NCBI RefSeq assembly: GCF_964204645.1 | Contig: NC_134025.1 | Coordinates: 24,160,299 to 24,224,298 of the forward strand | Length of the DNA: 64,000 nucleotides | Direction of reading: 5' to 3' | Origin: Tubulanus polymorphus | Taxonomy: Eukaryota; Animalia; Nemertea | In this document: positions 1-11,385 of the stretch, piece after piece | Layout: each line of letters opens with the position of its first letter | How positions within the stretch are numbered: position 1 is the stretch's first letter | Program-made: the position numbers and the translations under genes | The notes under the pieces: generated by a model | The model's input: only the letters and a program-made list of their open reading frames with translations | The model's database searches: none | Told to the model about the DNA's origin: nothing

Positions 1-185
1 CGGTCGAGTATACATAATTTTTTGTTTAAATTGAAGTACATAATTGGGAAATTCGGATGTTAGCGTATGCAAGACACGATACCAGCGTTATCCATATGCT
101 GGAATTTCAAAGGGGCTGCATTCATTGTCAAGTGTCGTGGCGGCTCAAGTATCAAGACTTCCGATTTCGATCCCCAAGAATATAG

Positions 186-460
186 GAAATTTAAGCTAAA
201 TTTTGGTGTAATCTTCTATTTTTTTCACAGTAGATCAATATGTTTCAAAGCAATTATCAACATTGATATAATCTTGACATCCAGACTGGAAGAAGGGGGC
301 AGAAGAAGGGGCAGAAGATATTTTGTAAAGGGTGGCTGAGTTTCCGAGTGTTGATGTGAAAATGAAAGGGGTGCCGGCCACCCCGCTAAAACCTGTTGTG
401 GAGAACACTGCAATTACACCAAAAATTTGAGTTTAACTTTTTTGTGAAACTGAGCCCAGG
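186..460. mobile_element. Degenerate MITE-like element with imperfect inverted repeats
   Basis: aaatttaagctaaattttggtgtaat (~187-211) is an imperfect inverted match to attacaccaaaaatttgagtttaactt (~413-439). The end gtgaaactgagcccagg resembles the terminus of the element at 61407-61830. Confidence 0.35.
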
Positions 461-1324
461 ATACCAATCATTATACTTTTTCAGTTTCTTGCATTAATTT
501 TTCTTTTCAAGGAAAGAAGAAAAAGTAAAATACAACTTGCCTTCTGTCGTAGCTATTTTAATCGGGACATTTCTGTCGTGGGCTAAATCACGATGGCGAC
601 CACTTCCAACTTTTAACAAAGCGAAACATAAACAAAGCAATACCCATGTAACTTTCATGTCGACTCGACTCAAAGTTGCAGACGATAAAAACTAATTTCA
701 ATTCTGTCCACCTTTTATAGGGAATGTTTTTTTAGCAATAACTATCAATCTAAATGCTGACAAAGCGTATCAAAATTCTTTATTACTATCAGCCGCTTAT
801 TTGCTCGACAAATTTCCACTTCGATATGAATTGTTCAGCGCGAAAAATTTGGCACGTTCCTCGCGACGAGAATAATTCATCGAGTTGTAAAGCACGTAAA
901 CTGATATTTCATCGATAAAATGCAACCGAAATATAACCATACTTTTTAAAAAAAGGCATATGTTTTATATATACATATTGCAGCTCGGATGCAAAACAAA
1001 TGGTTGTCAAATATTTAACCCACATGTGTTTAGAATTTGAGAGTTTTATGTTCAAGTATATATCGATTTGTATGTAGATCAATGATTGTATTTTGCATGT
1101 AGAGTACCAACAGACTTATAAAAAGTATCAGTCCACTTTTAAGACAATCTTAAAAACTCTCCAGATTCTTCTACCTGAAATTAAATGAATTGTTAGTTGT
1201 GCGTTTGTTTAATAGAAATTACCATGTCATCCGAGATTCCAGTTAGTAAACCCAGATTTTTCACTATTGTTTGAATTTATGGTAGAATAGCCACCAATAA
1301 ACGTGGAGAACAGATGATAAGATA

Positions 1325-1378
1325 AAAATCCACAATATACAGATTTGAAACTTTTGAATCTGTACATAGTGGATTTTC
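1325..1378. repeat. Short palindromic hairpin element, dispersed
   Basis: aaaatccacaatatacagatt...aatctgtacatagtggatttt is self-complementary. A second partial copy, aaaatccactatgtacagatt, occurs at ~59608-59629. Confidence 0.6.
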
Positions 1379-2904
1379 ATCTAATTGTTTGAACTTAATT
1401 CCATTCCATTGCAAGATATAATCCGAATTCAAAGTAGACAATAGAATTGTTTGTATTTCCTCTCCAGATTAGACACTTCATTTAAAAACAAAAACATCAG
1501 ATTCCTCATGTTGTCTGATTTTTATTCTATATTGACTAGATTTGAAATGGTCAAGTAGACAATGCAACATTATAGTCTTCATGATTTACTTCATCAGATA
1601 GACTGGACGGTAAACAATAGATAACTCATCATTTGTTTATGACTAAAACTCATCATTTACATGTATTCATGACTAGATTGACTGTTACACCACTTATGGA
1701 ACAGAAATACTTAAATTTTACATGACAAGATTTGATATTTGTCTTTAACGTAAATATAGACTTCAATAATGTTTCGTTTACGTTTACAGAAACATTTGAA
1801 TTATATTTCATCACAAGATTCGATATTTTGTACTATATTTGAAGCACACAGTGGCAGTTTCCTGCACGGAAGCGTCTGGAGTTTCAAAACTAAGAATAAA
1901 CCTTGACTGTTTTCTACATCTAACTAATGCATTTTGAGATTCATTCTGATTTGCATTCAAATGTGTATCCCGGACACTTCCGTACTAGTGGGATTTCAAA
2001 TTTAAAGGGTACCTGTTGGAGCCACACATTATAAAATTTACGAGCCAGTATATTGCATATTTCGTCTATCAAAATAATTAATGATATGTAACTTTTAAAG
2101 ATATAACTATCATGGTACATGTTTAAAAAGTATATCGATGTTGTTGTACATTCATTGAAATTAGTTTATAAAACTATATAGATTACATAATTTTGGTAAA
2201 TAACATATAATCTGTATACAATATGGTTGTACACTGTACTAAGTTGCCAATTGTTTCGGGTATATAAAAACTTCAGGGTCCAGGGCATCATGATGGCGAA
2301 GAGGTTTGAAATGTTCGACAGTCTGAAAATTTCAACATTCAATGCTGAACATACTGCCACAATCATGTCACGAGCTGCGATTCAATAATTGAATGCAGTA
2401 ACAAAATACGTCAGTATACAGATGGAAATACTAAGTTTTTGTACTATTCAAGGCCCCCTGGTTACCATATACAAAACCAATAACTGTGACTGAAAGTCAC
2501 CACAATCATAGAAAATGTCATGAGATTTAACCATGAAATTGATTGTGGTAACAAAATATGCATAGGCACCAATATAAAAAGACAAATTACATATATCGAG
2601 GTAATTTAATATTCAACTCCTGGTGGTGAATACGAAAAAAACTGGATAATCCCAATTCCATGAGGAGATATATCCTATGACAGTGCTAAGAATTATCAAA
2701 TATCAAGAATATAAGTTAAAACCTATATTTTCCTCAAAAAACTTTCCGTCGACAAATGAGGACTGATGACACTAAGATGGCCGCCAATTGCGTGACATTG
2801 GCCAAACCCTTTAAAATCGAATATTGAAATAATTATTTGTGGCAGGATTCTATAGGTATAAGAAAATGTAGCATATTTCGCGTTCGTATAACAAAATCAA
2901 TCGA

Positions 2905-2960
2905 AAGCATTGAAAAAATCGGTAGTTTTATTAAAACTACCGAGTTTTTCAATATGCTTT
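2905..2960. repeat. Palindrome / hairpin
   Basis: aagcattgaaaaaatcggtagtttt-att-aaaactaccgagtttttcaatatgctt is an imperfect inverted repeat. Confidence 0.55.
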
Positions 2961-3009
2961 CATAGTCGTTATTCCTGCATTTAATATTCCACCTTTATCG
3001 TAATATCTC

Positions 3010-3780
3010 CCTCCATCCTATGAAAGACCTACTCTAATTCTGAAAACTCCTCTCCCCTCTCTCTCTCTATAAGAAATACCTACACAATTCTACCAAATAG
3101 TCTCTCTTTTTCTTACTCAAATTCAAATAATTCTTCTTTACTACTCGAAGACCTAAGCACCTACATAAATTGTTGTAATACCTATCTATCTCACCTTATT
3201 TCTCTTTCCTAATAAATACCTACATAGATTTTCATAATTTCTCTTTCTACTCTAAGATCTAAGAACCTACACACATTTTGATAAATCTAAGATATACCTA
3301 TGTACGTAACGAAAGACATACATGTATACGGGGTATTCTAATCATCTCACTGTCCTAAGAAAGATCTGACACCCATACACAATTCACATTGCTCTTACTA
3401 CTCTAATAAGACCCACGTTAGCAAAGTCTTGTATGACATCCATCTCATTCTTTCACTCCTGATGAAGACCTAGGCCTATACACACGCAAATCTTAATAAT
3501 ATGTCTTACTACTTTCTAAGTAACTAAATAAATCTCTCCGACCCTCTAAGATGATATACCTACGTACATAAAGATCGACACATTCAAATAATCTTTCTCT
3601 CTGACCTAAGAAAGAACTAACACCCCTACACAATTTCTCATCAGTTTTTGTATCGCTCTAAGTAAGACCTACACTTATCATACACGAAATCTAATAGAAT
3701 TTCTATCTCTGCCCTAAGAAGACCGAAACAAGTTCTAACAATTTCTCAAAGCACTCTAAGACAAACCTACACACATAATC
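3010..3780. repeat. Degenerate tandem (satellite-like) array, G-poor on + strand
   Basis: Recurring ctctaag/ctaagaa...agacctac(ac)a units with strong strand asymmetry and no ORF. Confidence 0.6.
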
Positions 3781-4249
3781 GATTTACGGTGTTTTTTTTT
3801 CTAGATGACTGGTAAATGAGTTATCATGTTTGGTTTACCTAACAGTATTTGCACAAAATATGCTTTATTTTCATCATACCTCAAATCCTGCCATTTATAT
3901 GAAATATGTTGGGTGGGGCTGCCTGTCACACTATCTGTTTTGAACATGGGTTCGAATCAATTGGCAACTCTTAATGGTTAGAACAAGTAAATATGACTAG
4001 CAGCATTTTTGCAATAGCACCATGAAATTGCATAAAATCTTAAAAAATGTAGGTAAATATTATTGAGTATCGAGATGTTTGACTCCAACAGGTCCGTATT
4101 TCGTTTTGATAGTCTAATACAGATATCATTGCATTGATAGTGCTTTGGATAATATGAATGTCAAAAATTCATAAAGGCTAAGTCTTTAATAAGACTTGTC
4201 GTAATTGTGGATCTGGAAAACTTTAATGTTGTATGAATAATTGAGCAAT

Positions 4250-4387
4250 GATATAAGGATTAGGTTATGATTTACTGTAGCCAGATTCTCCGCACTCGGT
4301 CGCTAATCCAATGAACAATTAAGTTGTTTGTTTTTTTTTTTTAAAGAGAGTGATAGAGAATCTGACTAGGTAAATCCAATGCCTATT
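4250..4387. repeat. Imperfect inverted-repeat element
   Basis: gatttactgtagccagattctc (~4269-4290) pairs imperfectly with gagaatctgactaggtaaatc (~4356-4376). Confidence 0.4.
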
Positions 4388-4722
4388 GGCTATTTGGGTA
4401 CTGGTTTGGATTGACCTACGACTGCGAGTGAGGTTTATACAGTATATACTTCACTCGCAATCAGATAGGATAGTTCCAAGGTTAGATTCCTCATTGTTTT
4501 ACCAACTAAAGTACAGATATTATTCTAATATATGCTCTGTTTTAAAGATATCAATGAGTAATCTAGCTTGGAGTTACTATGAAATTATCATAGTTCCAGG
4601 GCCCCTATTTCCTCACTAATAAGCAAGAAACAGGGTCCCGAAAATGGATTGTTCAGAGCAAATTGAGATATGTCGTTTAAGTTCTAATGCGCTATTTACA
4701 AAATTCCGTTTTTCGAAGTTGT

Positions 4723-5940
4723 CTACAATTCGGTTGTAAGCACCTCGCCACGCGGACATTTCTTCCTGTATTCGGCAATTTCGTGAATGACATCTGCAAC
4801 CGCGTTGAAGGGCGGACGAAACAGCGGATCATCCAACGTGCACGCCATCGCCACGTATTTCAATTCTAAATCGATATCGCGCACGTAACTCTTCAAAGCC
4901 TTGATGAGCGTTCCCAAGAGAAATACGTCCGATTTTTCGCCGGCTCTGTACAACTCGCGAACTTCGTGCAGCTCGGGAGCCCGATATTCAATCGGAGAAT
5001 CGCAGAAATTCGCATAGGTCGGCACGAGTTTTCCGTCTTCTTCGTGAACGAAAATATTTCGCAAGCCGATATATTCGAAAACGATGCCCTTATCGTGAAT
5101 TATCGTCATCGCGTTCGCGATCGAATCGATCAGCTCGTTCCAGACTTGTACGCCGTATTTAGTCGGTCTTTCGTCATTTACAGCGGCCGCATCTTCTCTG
5201 AGAAGGTCTAAGAGACGACGCTTGCCTTCTTCGCGCACGTTTTCAACCACTAACGCCCAGTCACAGTAGACCGCCGAGGGCATTATCGGAAACAGCCCGT
5301 AAAGTTTCGGTACTAATTTCGTTTTCTGCAACGTCGACAGCACGGCGGCAGTTTTGAACATTTCCGAAACGTGTCGATTTTCCTGCTTATACAACACGAC
5401 GCTGGCTGGTTTTCCCTTGTAAATCGCTTTCAAGGCAATGCCGTATTTATCGCTTTGCAATTCTACGCAGCGACCAGCTTTATTCGTCGTTATTTCGAGA
5501 TCCTTATGACCATCTTTTATAAGCTCGCTTAGATCGACTGATTGGCGAATCTTTTTAGGTATCATCGCACGGCACATTTTCATCGCGCCGGATTTGAATT
5601 TTTTGCTCGTTTTCAAGAACGCGATATCGCGATCGACGCATTTCTTTTTTGGCTCGGGCGCTTTATCGATGTGTTCTACCCACTGGCCATCTTCCAACTT
5701 CCAGTGTCGGGTAAAGTCGATGAGGGGCTTGAAGACCTTTTGAAATTTCGTCACCGGAATTTCGGGAACTTTATAATCACCAGCCGCCTGATTGGTACAC
5801 GCAGTTGGCTGTTCCCAATCATTATTATTCAAATCGCCGCATTGTTGCACGCACGATTCGGACTGGGTGACTTTAACGGTTGACTTATCTTTTCGAGATT
5901 TCTTCCCTGGAATTAGAAAATTATGCAAAATGTTAAGCAA
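4723..5940 (-). CDS. Intronless protein-kinase-fold ORF, predicted pseudokinase
   Basis: 405-codon ORF, more GC-rich than its flanks. C-lobe motifs are retained: YRAPE (VIII), KSDVFLLG (IX), DDPLFRP (XI), IHDKGIV. The HRD loop reads FEYIGLRN, DFG reads ANFC, and there is no GxGxxG. The listed start is TTG and the first ATG is at codon 120, so the 5' end is uncertain. Confidence 0.8.
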   Translation of the reverse strand: MLNILHNFLIPGKKSRKDKSTVKVTQSESCVQQCGDLNNNDWEQPTACTNQAAGDYKVPEIPVTKFQKVFKPLIDFTRHWKLEDGQWVEHIDKAPEPKKKCVDRDIAFLKTSKKFKSGAMKMCRAMIPKKIRQSVDLSELIKDGHKDLEITTNKAGRCVELQSDKYGIALKAIYKGKPASVVLYKQENRHVSEMFKTAAVLSTLQKTKLVPKLYGLFPIMPSAVYCDWALVVENVREEGKRRLLDLLREDAAAVNDERPTKYGVQVWNELIDSIANAMTIIHDKGIVFEYIGLRNIFVHEEDGKLVPTYANFCDSPIEYRAPELHEVRELYRAGEKSDVFLLGTLIKALKSYVRDIDLELKYVAMACTLDDPLFRPPFNAVADVIHEIAEYRKKCPRGEVLTTEL

Positions 5941-7767
5941 AATATTCGACTTGAGCTATTTTGATAGCGTCTGCGGGCAATCTAACGCTCGCTAGCTAAA
6001 ATGGTTGCGTCCGAGGAAAAGAAAAAAAGGTGGAATTTACTGTGCACATTTCTCGCTGAAAATAGTTTTTCTCGCAGATTCAAGTCCTGCCTGGATAAGA
6101 CAAATTTAAATTCTTTTCTCCAGTGAGTTTATATTTTTCATCTGAGAATTCAAAGTTCAGATCCATAATCATTGAAGTGATGTTTATGAAGTGACTATAT
6201 GCATACGCCTGTATTTCGTATGCACTTTTCACTGCAAAACACGGGCTCTACGTTGATTTCGTATTTATTTGACTCGTTTGTAAATCAAGTTAGTGAAAAT
6301 TTCTAAAATTAAAAAGTGTAAACCAAAAATATACATTTGATACTGTCAGATTTTAGTGCTTAAGAGATGAAATGCAAAACAGGAAGCAACATAATTGCGT
6401 AGGCCCTATCATGTTATTAGATTTAATTGTATCCTTTTTCAAAATGCTAAATTTGCATGGTATTTTGTTAAAAGAGCTTATAACTTCATGAATTCAAATA
6501 ATTTCAAGTCAACAATGTGATTATAGTCGAAACCCTGCGCCCGCATTGGATCATCCGGGTTATCTAGAATGAACAGGTAATTCTCATTTCATAGAAACGC
6601 CAGCGTTTATTTTAAGCTTTATTTTATAGCGATCGATTTTGTTGAATAAGCTATTCTGCTTCGGCAGCGATTTAAACGATAAACAATAATTTACCGCGTA
6701 TATGGTGTATTAGACAGGGCCTTTCCCTCTCGATATCGATGTACACGTATTTCTAAAAAGCGTGTTTGCATTACGTATACCTGTATAGTACCTATTTATA
6801 CTCCTGCAAAGTGATTTTTGGTTTTGGCCAACTTAAGGGCACCTTGCAAGTCTTTTTTTATGATATGACAATTATAATTAATTTTGTCATATAGGCCCTA
6901 TGAGTATATGGAGGTGACAGTGAAAAATAAAATATATATTTTTTGGTGGGTACGAAATGTTTTTCATTCGAACGAAATTATTTTTTCCTCGATTTTTAAC
7001 GAGAATGTGTGACATGGAAATAGGGCGTAGAATATATTGTTTCTTTTTACAACTAAACAACTGTGGGTGAAAAATGATTAGACCCCTATATTTTTTTTTC
7101 GTGGGATTTTTGGCCACGAAATCTATTTCGTTCAAATGAAATGATTATTTCTTTTTTCTATTTTAAAAAAAATTAATACATTTCTCACCACGTCACCTCC
7201 CGGGGCTCCAGACATGACGGGATATCGAAAACATGCAGCAAATAAACGTTGAAAAGAAGAGCACAGGGCCCCTAGTCCCATGCCAAGAGCGCCTATAGTC
7301 CCATGCAGAGGCTTTGGGGAGATCAGTTGCAGCCCCACAAACGAAACGAGAGTTTATTCTATCATCATCTTTTTTCAGTCCTGAACACGAGTGAAAAGGC
7401 TATAGCGTAGACTGCTTAGTTTAAGGGCCACATTAGCTTATTAATCTTACACCTAAAAACGTTAGTTTGTTAGTATTAGAAGCACCAGCCGCAGACTGGT
7501 ATCAAATTGATTAGTCGAACACACACACTACAGACACATGGGCTTACCTGCAAGCGATACAAATTTATTCCTAGGTTTATGAAATAGGTTTCAACACCTA
7601 TTGAAAGATAAACCCTCTATCTAAAATCCGAAGCCATTATCCGCACCTAGAAAATGTCCCCTGACTAACTCGAACTTTACAGATCAAGAAAAGTGTAAGG
7701 GTTTTTAAAAAGGGAAACAAAAATATATGTTATGATTAAATTCCTGACACATTTTAACGCAGTTCTC

Positions 7768-8158
7768 CGGAAGCCCCTAGGTGACATACGAGAAAATTTT
7801 TTCACAATTTCGACTTATTAAGTCGAATTTCGACTTAATAAGTCGAATTTCGACATAATAAGTCGAATTTCGACATAATAAGTCGAATTTCGTGTTAATT
7901 AAGTCGAATTTCGACTTAGTAAGTCGAAATTCGACATAATAAGTCGAATTTCGTGTTAATTAAGTCGAATTTCGAGTTAATAAAGTCGAATTTCGAGTTT
8001 TATTTTCATGTCGAATTTCGACTTAATTAACACGAAATTCGACTTATTATGTCAAAATTCGACTTATTATGTCGAAATTCGACTTATTACGTCGAAATTC
8101 GACTTAATAAGTCGAAATTATGAAAAAAATTATCTCATATGTCACCTAGGGGCTTCCG
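7768..8158. mobile_element. MITE / foldback element with long TIRs and internal palindromic tandem repeats
   Basis: The left end cggaagcccctaggtgacatacgagaaaattttttt matches the right end aaaaaaattatctcatatgtcacctaggggcttccg in inverted orientation. The interior is many ~21-bp aagtcgaatttcgac(t/a)taat units that flip orientation near 8005. The right flank is TA and the left flank is TC. Confidence 0.9.
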
Positions 8159-8600
8159 TACGAAACGACCTTTCATGAAAAGACAGGAAATTACATTGGA
8201 AAAATATGTAGTAGGCCCTACAATTTTCAAGAATTAAGAGAACTCATACATGGCTATCAGTTTATTTAATTTCATTCAGAAAAACTTACCAAAAGGATTA
8301 GTGAACCTATCCTTATTCAACTTGGTCTTATTAACACCTTCATCGCCAATATTCCGCTGAAAAATTGCAAGAAAATACATTTATTGGTTTTTTTTTTATA
8401 GCTCAAACCGGCATGTAATATGTACACACGTGTACAGCGTCGATGGCATAGGAAATTTTTGAATGAAAAAACTGAAAAGTTTTTTCACAAACTTTCAGGC
8501 TCGAGTTAAAAAAAATGATTAACGCCTGAATCGGTTTGAGATTGAATTAAGATTGACGAACGATGAAGTCCAAAAAATGTTTCCTAATAATCAGGGAGGG

Positions 8601-8650
8601 ACTCCTGAAGATGACTATTAGGTTATAGTCGAAACGTCGAATGAATAAAA
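8601..8650 (+). ncRNA. Minimal type I hammerhead ribozyme motif (Penelope-like element type)
   Basis: CTGAAGA (8605-8611), an extra T, stem II gactat/atagtc (8613-8618/8625-8630), GAAA (8631-8634), then cGTC with a putative cleavage site after 8638, followed by AATAAA. Stem I is only ~2 bp (tc/ga). Confidence 0.6.
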
Positions 8651-9851
8651 ACACATCAGCTATAGGCCTATAGGAAACATTTTTTCGGACTTCATCTTTC
8701 GTTTTATCAGTGTGGGATTCTCTACTATATCATCGTTACAACACGGAATAGTGTTTCTTCGATGGTTGTAAATGTTTGAAGTATCTCCGGCCGGCCCTCC
8801 CGCATCACCTCTTCGTCTTCTGACTCTGTGCACACCACACACACGCAGCGCAGCAGAGGGGTCGTGATAGCGATACCACTGACTGACTGGCAAGGTTCTG
8901 AACTAAAAACTTTTCCAAAATTGAAGCGGGAATTGTTGATGCCGATGGACGACGAGAAAGTCGCCAGAAGCAGGAATCGGGTAGGACTTTGTCGCCTTTC
9001 TTAAGGATTTTTGGGAAATTTTAAAAATATGAACTTCATCGTCATGACCGATTTCAAGCCAAGCCAAGGCCAAGCCGGCGAAAGCATTGGGTTAATAAAT
9101 TGCTTGTTTCGACTCAATATATTTTTACCTCACATATTGAGACCTCAAGTGCTGAAGTCTCTTTCTTTGTTTTCTCATCACCACAAACCACCTTCTTATT
9201 CTTTTTAAAAGGCATTTTGAATGAAAATATGAAGCGTCTTCGAAATATTTCAGGAGCGTTTAGTAGTATAACTGCACACTTCGAAAAGCAAGCGAAGAAT
9301 GGCAACACGAATGTAAACAAACCGTTGTTGACAAGCCGGGGTTACTAAGCAACATTTTTTATGATGACGCACGACACCTTCCCCTGGGGGTCAGGCGTAG
9401 GTGTAAAGTTCCAAATAGGCGGAGCTGCCCGTCGATGGATCGAGTTTGCGGGCTCCGCCGTGCGGCCTGGCGCTAGGCTCGTAATTTCCCAAGCAAATAT
9501 CCCAATCTTGGTGATGTTTTAATGACCCAAACTGTTCATGTTTCTCATTATGAATGGGCTGCACTTGCAGTAGGTCACGTAAACCTTCCTGACGACGAAA
9601 TGAGTCAATTTTCATATGATGGTACCTTTATCGTACACATCCAACTCATAATTCTTGTATAAACAAGCAAATTTTCATAATTTAACAATTATTCAAATGC
9701 TTTACGATGGATTTCTGAACAGTGTGTAAACATTTTATCGGAGGGCTGGAGCCGGATGTTATACATACGTAGCATGACATACATAGTTTAAAACAGTCAC
9801 CAAACTGCATGGGACAGTGTACTTAGACCTGTGAATCCAGAAAATAAGCAC

Positions 9852-10865
9852 ATGGCGGCGTCAGCTATGGATTCTTTTTTTGTGGGTCGCGTGTCCGTTA
9901 CTGTGTTGTTTTGGCTGTTCAGCGTTCTTGTAAATTTGTTTTTGTTTCTCATTTTGGTGCGTTCGAAACGACCGATGCTGCGACGTGGTCATTATAAATT
10001 CGTTGCGAACTTGTTATTTGCAAATTTCCTAACGATGTTATTGAGCAACGTCCATTCAACGCTAGAACTTTTGAATTTGACGAACTTGACGAGTTGTCGG
10101 ACACTGATGTTACTGGCGATGATACCCGGTTCAGTATCAACGATCAACGTAGCCGCTATCGCCGTTCATCAATACATCAAGATCACCTATCCGACAGTGG
10201 TCATTTCGAATTGCAGCATCATATTCGCTTCCGTAGTTTTGTGGATAATGCCGATGGTTATTTACATACCGGCTGAAATCGGTACCGATTGGCATTGTCT
10301 GATCGTACCGATAAGACGCAACGAGACTCGAGCTATCTGCTCGTACGGTGTTTGTCACGATGACGCGATACGAAAGCACTGCGGCCTGGCGATGATAATT
10401 TTGACGATCTTTCTTCCAATGCTTCTCATCGGGCCGTTGTATGGTTTGATTACCGTAAAGATCCACTCAAAGGAATCGACTCGTCGACTGTCGCAAATCA
10501 GACGTAGTAGACCCACGAGTAATTATAACGGGAAATATTTTGGATTTCTTAAGGATATGATGCGCGATAAAAGATATCGTGTCGTCTGCACGATGGTATT
10601 TGTTTACGCTTGTTTCGTCTGTTTCACGATGCCGTTCGGAATAACGATGGTCGTATCTGCCTTCATCCACGTCAGCACGTTCATTCCTCGAATCACGTCG
10701 TGGGTAATGGGTCTCTATTTCGGCATGAATTGGTTGATATTTTTCATCACCGACCAAAAGATTCGCAAGGAGATGCAGCGGTATTTATGTTGCGGCAAAT
10801 GCTCGGCGCAAAATAATTCCGCCGATTCGGATACATCGTCGCATTATGTGGGATCTTTATCATGA
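9852..10865 (+). CDS. Intronless rhodopsin-class (class A) orphan GPCR
   Basis: Seven hydrophobic segments, TM1 Asn (VNLFL), TM3 Cys (TSC), DRY position read as HQY (AIAVHQYIKITYP), TM4 W, TM5 FLP, TM6 CFTMP, and a helix-8/palmitoylation-like RKEMQRYLCC. The first ATG is at 9852 (the ORF track starts at a GTG). Confidence 0.85.
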   Translation: MAASAMDSFFVGRVSVTVLFWLFSVLVNLFLFLILVRSKRPMLRRGHYKFVANLLFANFLTMLLSNVHSTLELLNLTNLTSCRTLMLLAMIPGSVSTINVAAIAVHQYIKITYPTVVISNCSIIFASVVLWIMPMVIYIPAEIGTDWHCLIVPIRRNETRAICSYGVCHDDAIRKHCGLAMIILTIFLPMLLIGPLYGLITVKIHSKESTRRLSQIRRSRPTSNYNGKYFGFLKDMMRDKRYRVVCTMVFVYACFVCFTMPFGITMVVSAFIHVSTFIPRITSWVMGLYFGMNWLIFFITDQKIRKEMQRYLCCGKCSAQNNSADSDTSSHYVGSLS

Positions 10866-11385
10866 CAAGATACACTTTATATTCAAATTACTAGACAGAG
10901 GAACAATATACAAGAAACATTGAAGGAACATGTGCATTGACTACAAGTTCGATTTGAACGGGTACCGCTGAAGTTACCATTGTAAATAAGAATATGAATA
11001 GATACGACATCAATTGATAGTACGGTATAATGTTTATTTTTCAACGTACGCATTACAATAAACATGTGTGTATCATAGGATTTCCAAACAATAGTGCTAT
11101 GTAAATGTACCCGATTTATTTTGAATAAAACGATTTGATTACTGATTATGACATCTCACAATGAATGTATATACAATGTGACCATTAGGGTTTCATATTG
11201 TTATATTTTATGAATAATCCAAGTTAATGCTAATAATAATCTTAGTTATACTGTTTCAGTGTAAATACTCTTATCAACCTCATCTTGATTTAAGTCAAAA
11301 TGTAGTATACATGTATTTTTAACGAAATACGCATATCACGGAAGTGTCGTATTCACGTGCATGCTTGAAAGTACAAAACCTCGCA

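Noticed and set aside
7810-8120. CRISPR-like repeat array
   Set aside because: There are no unique spacers, the array is enclosed by TIRs, and the context is eukaryotic with no cas genes.
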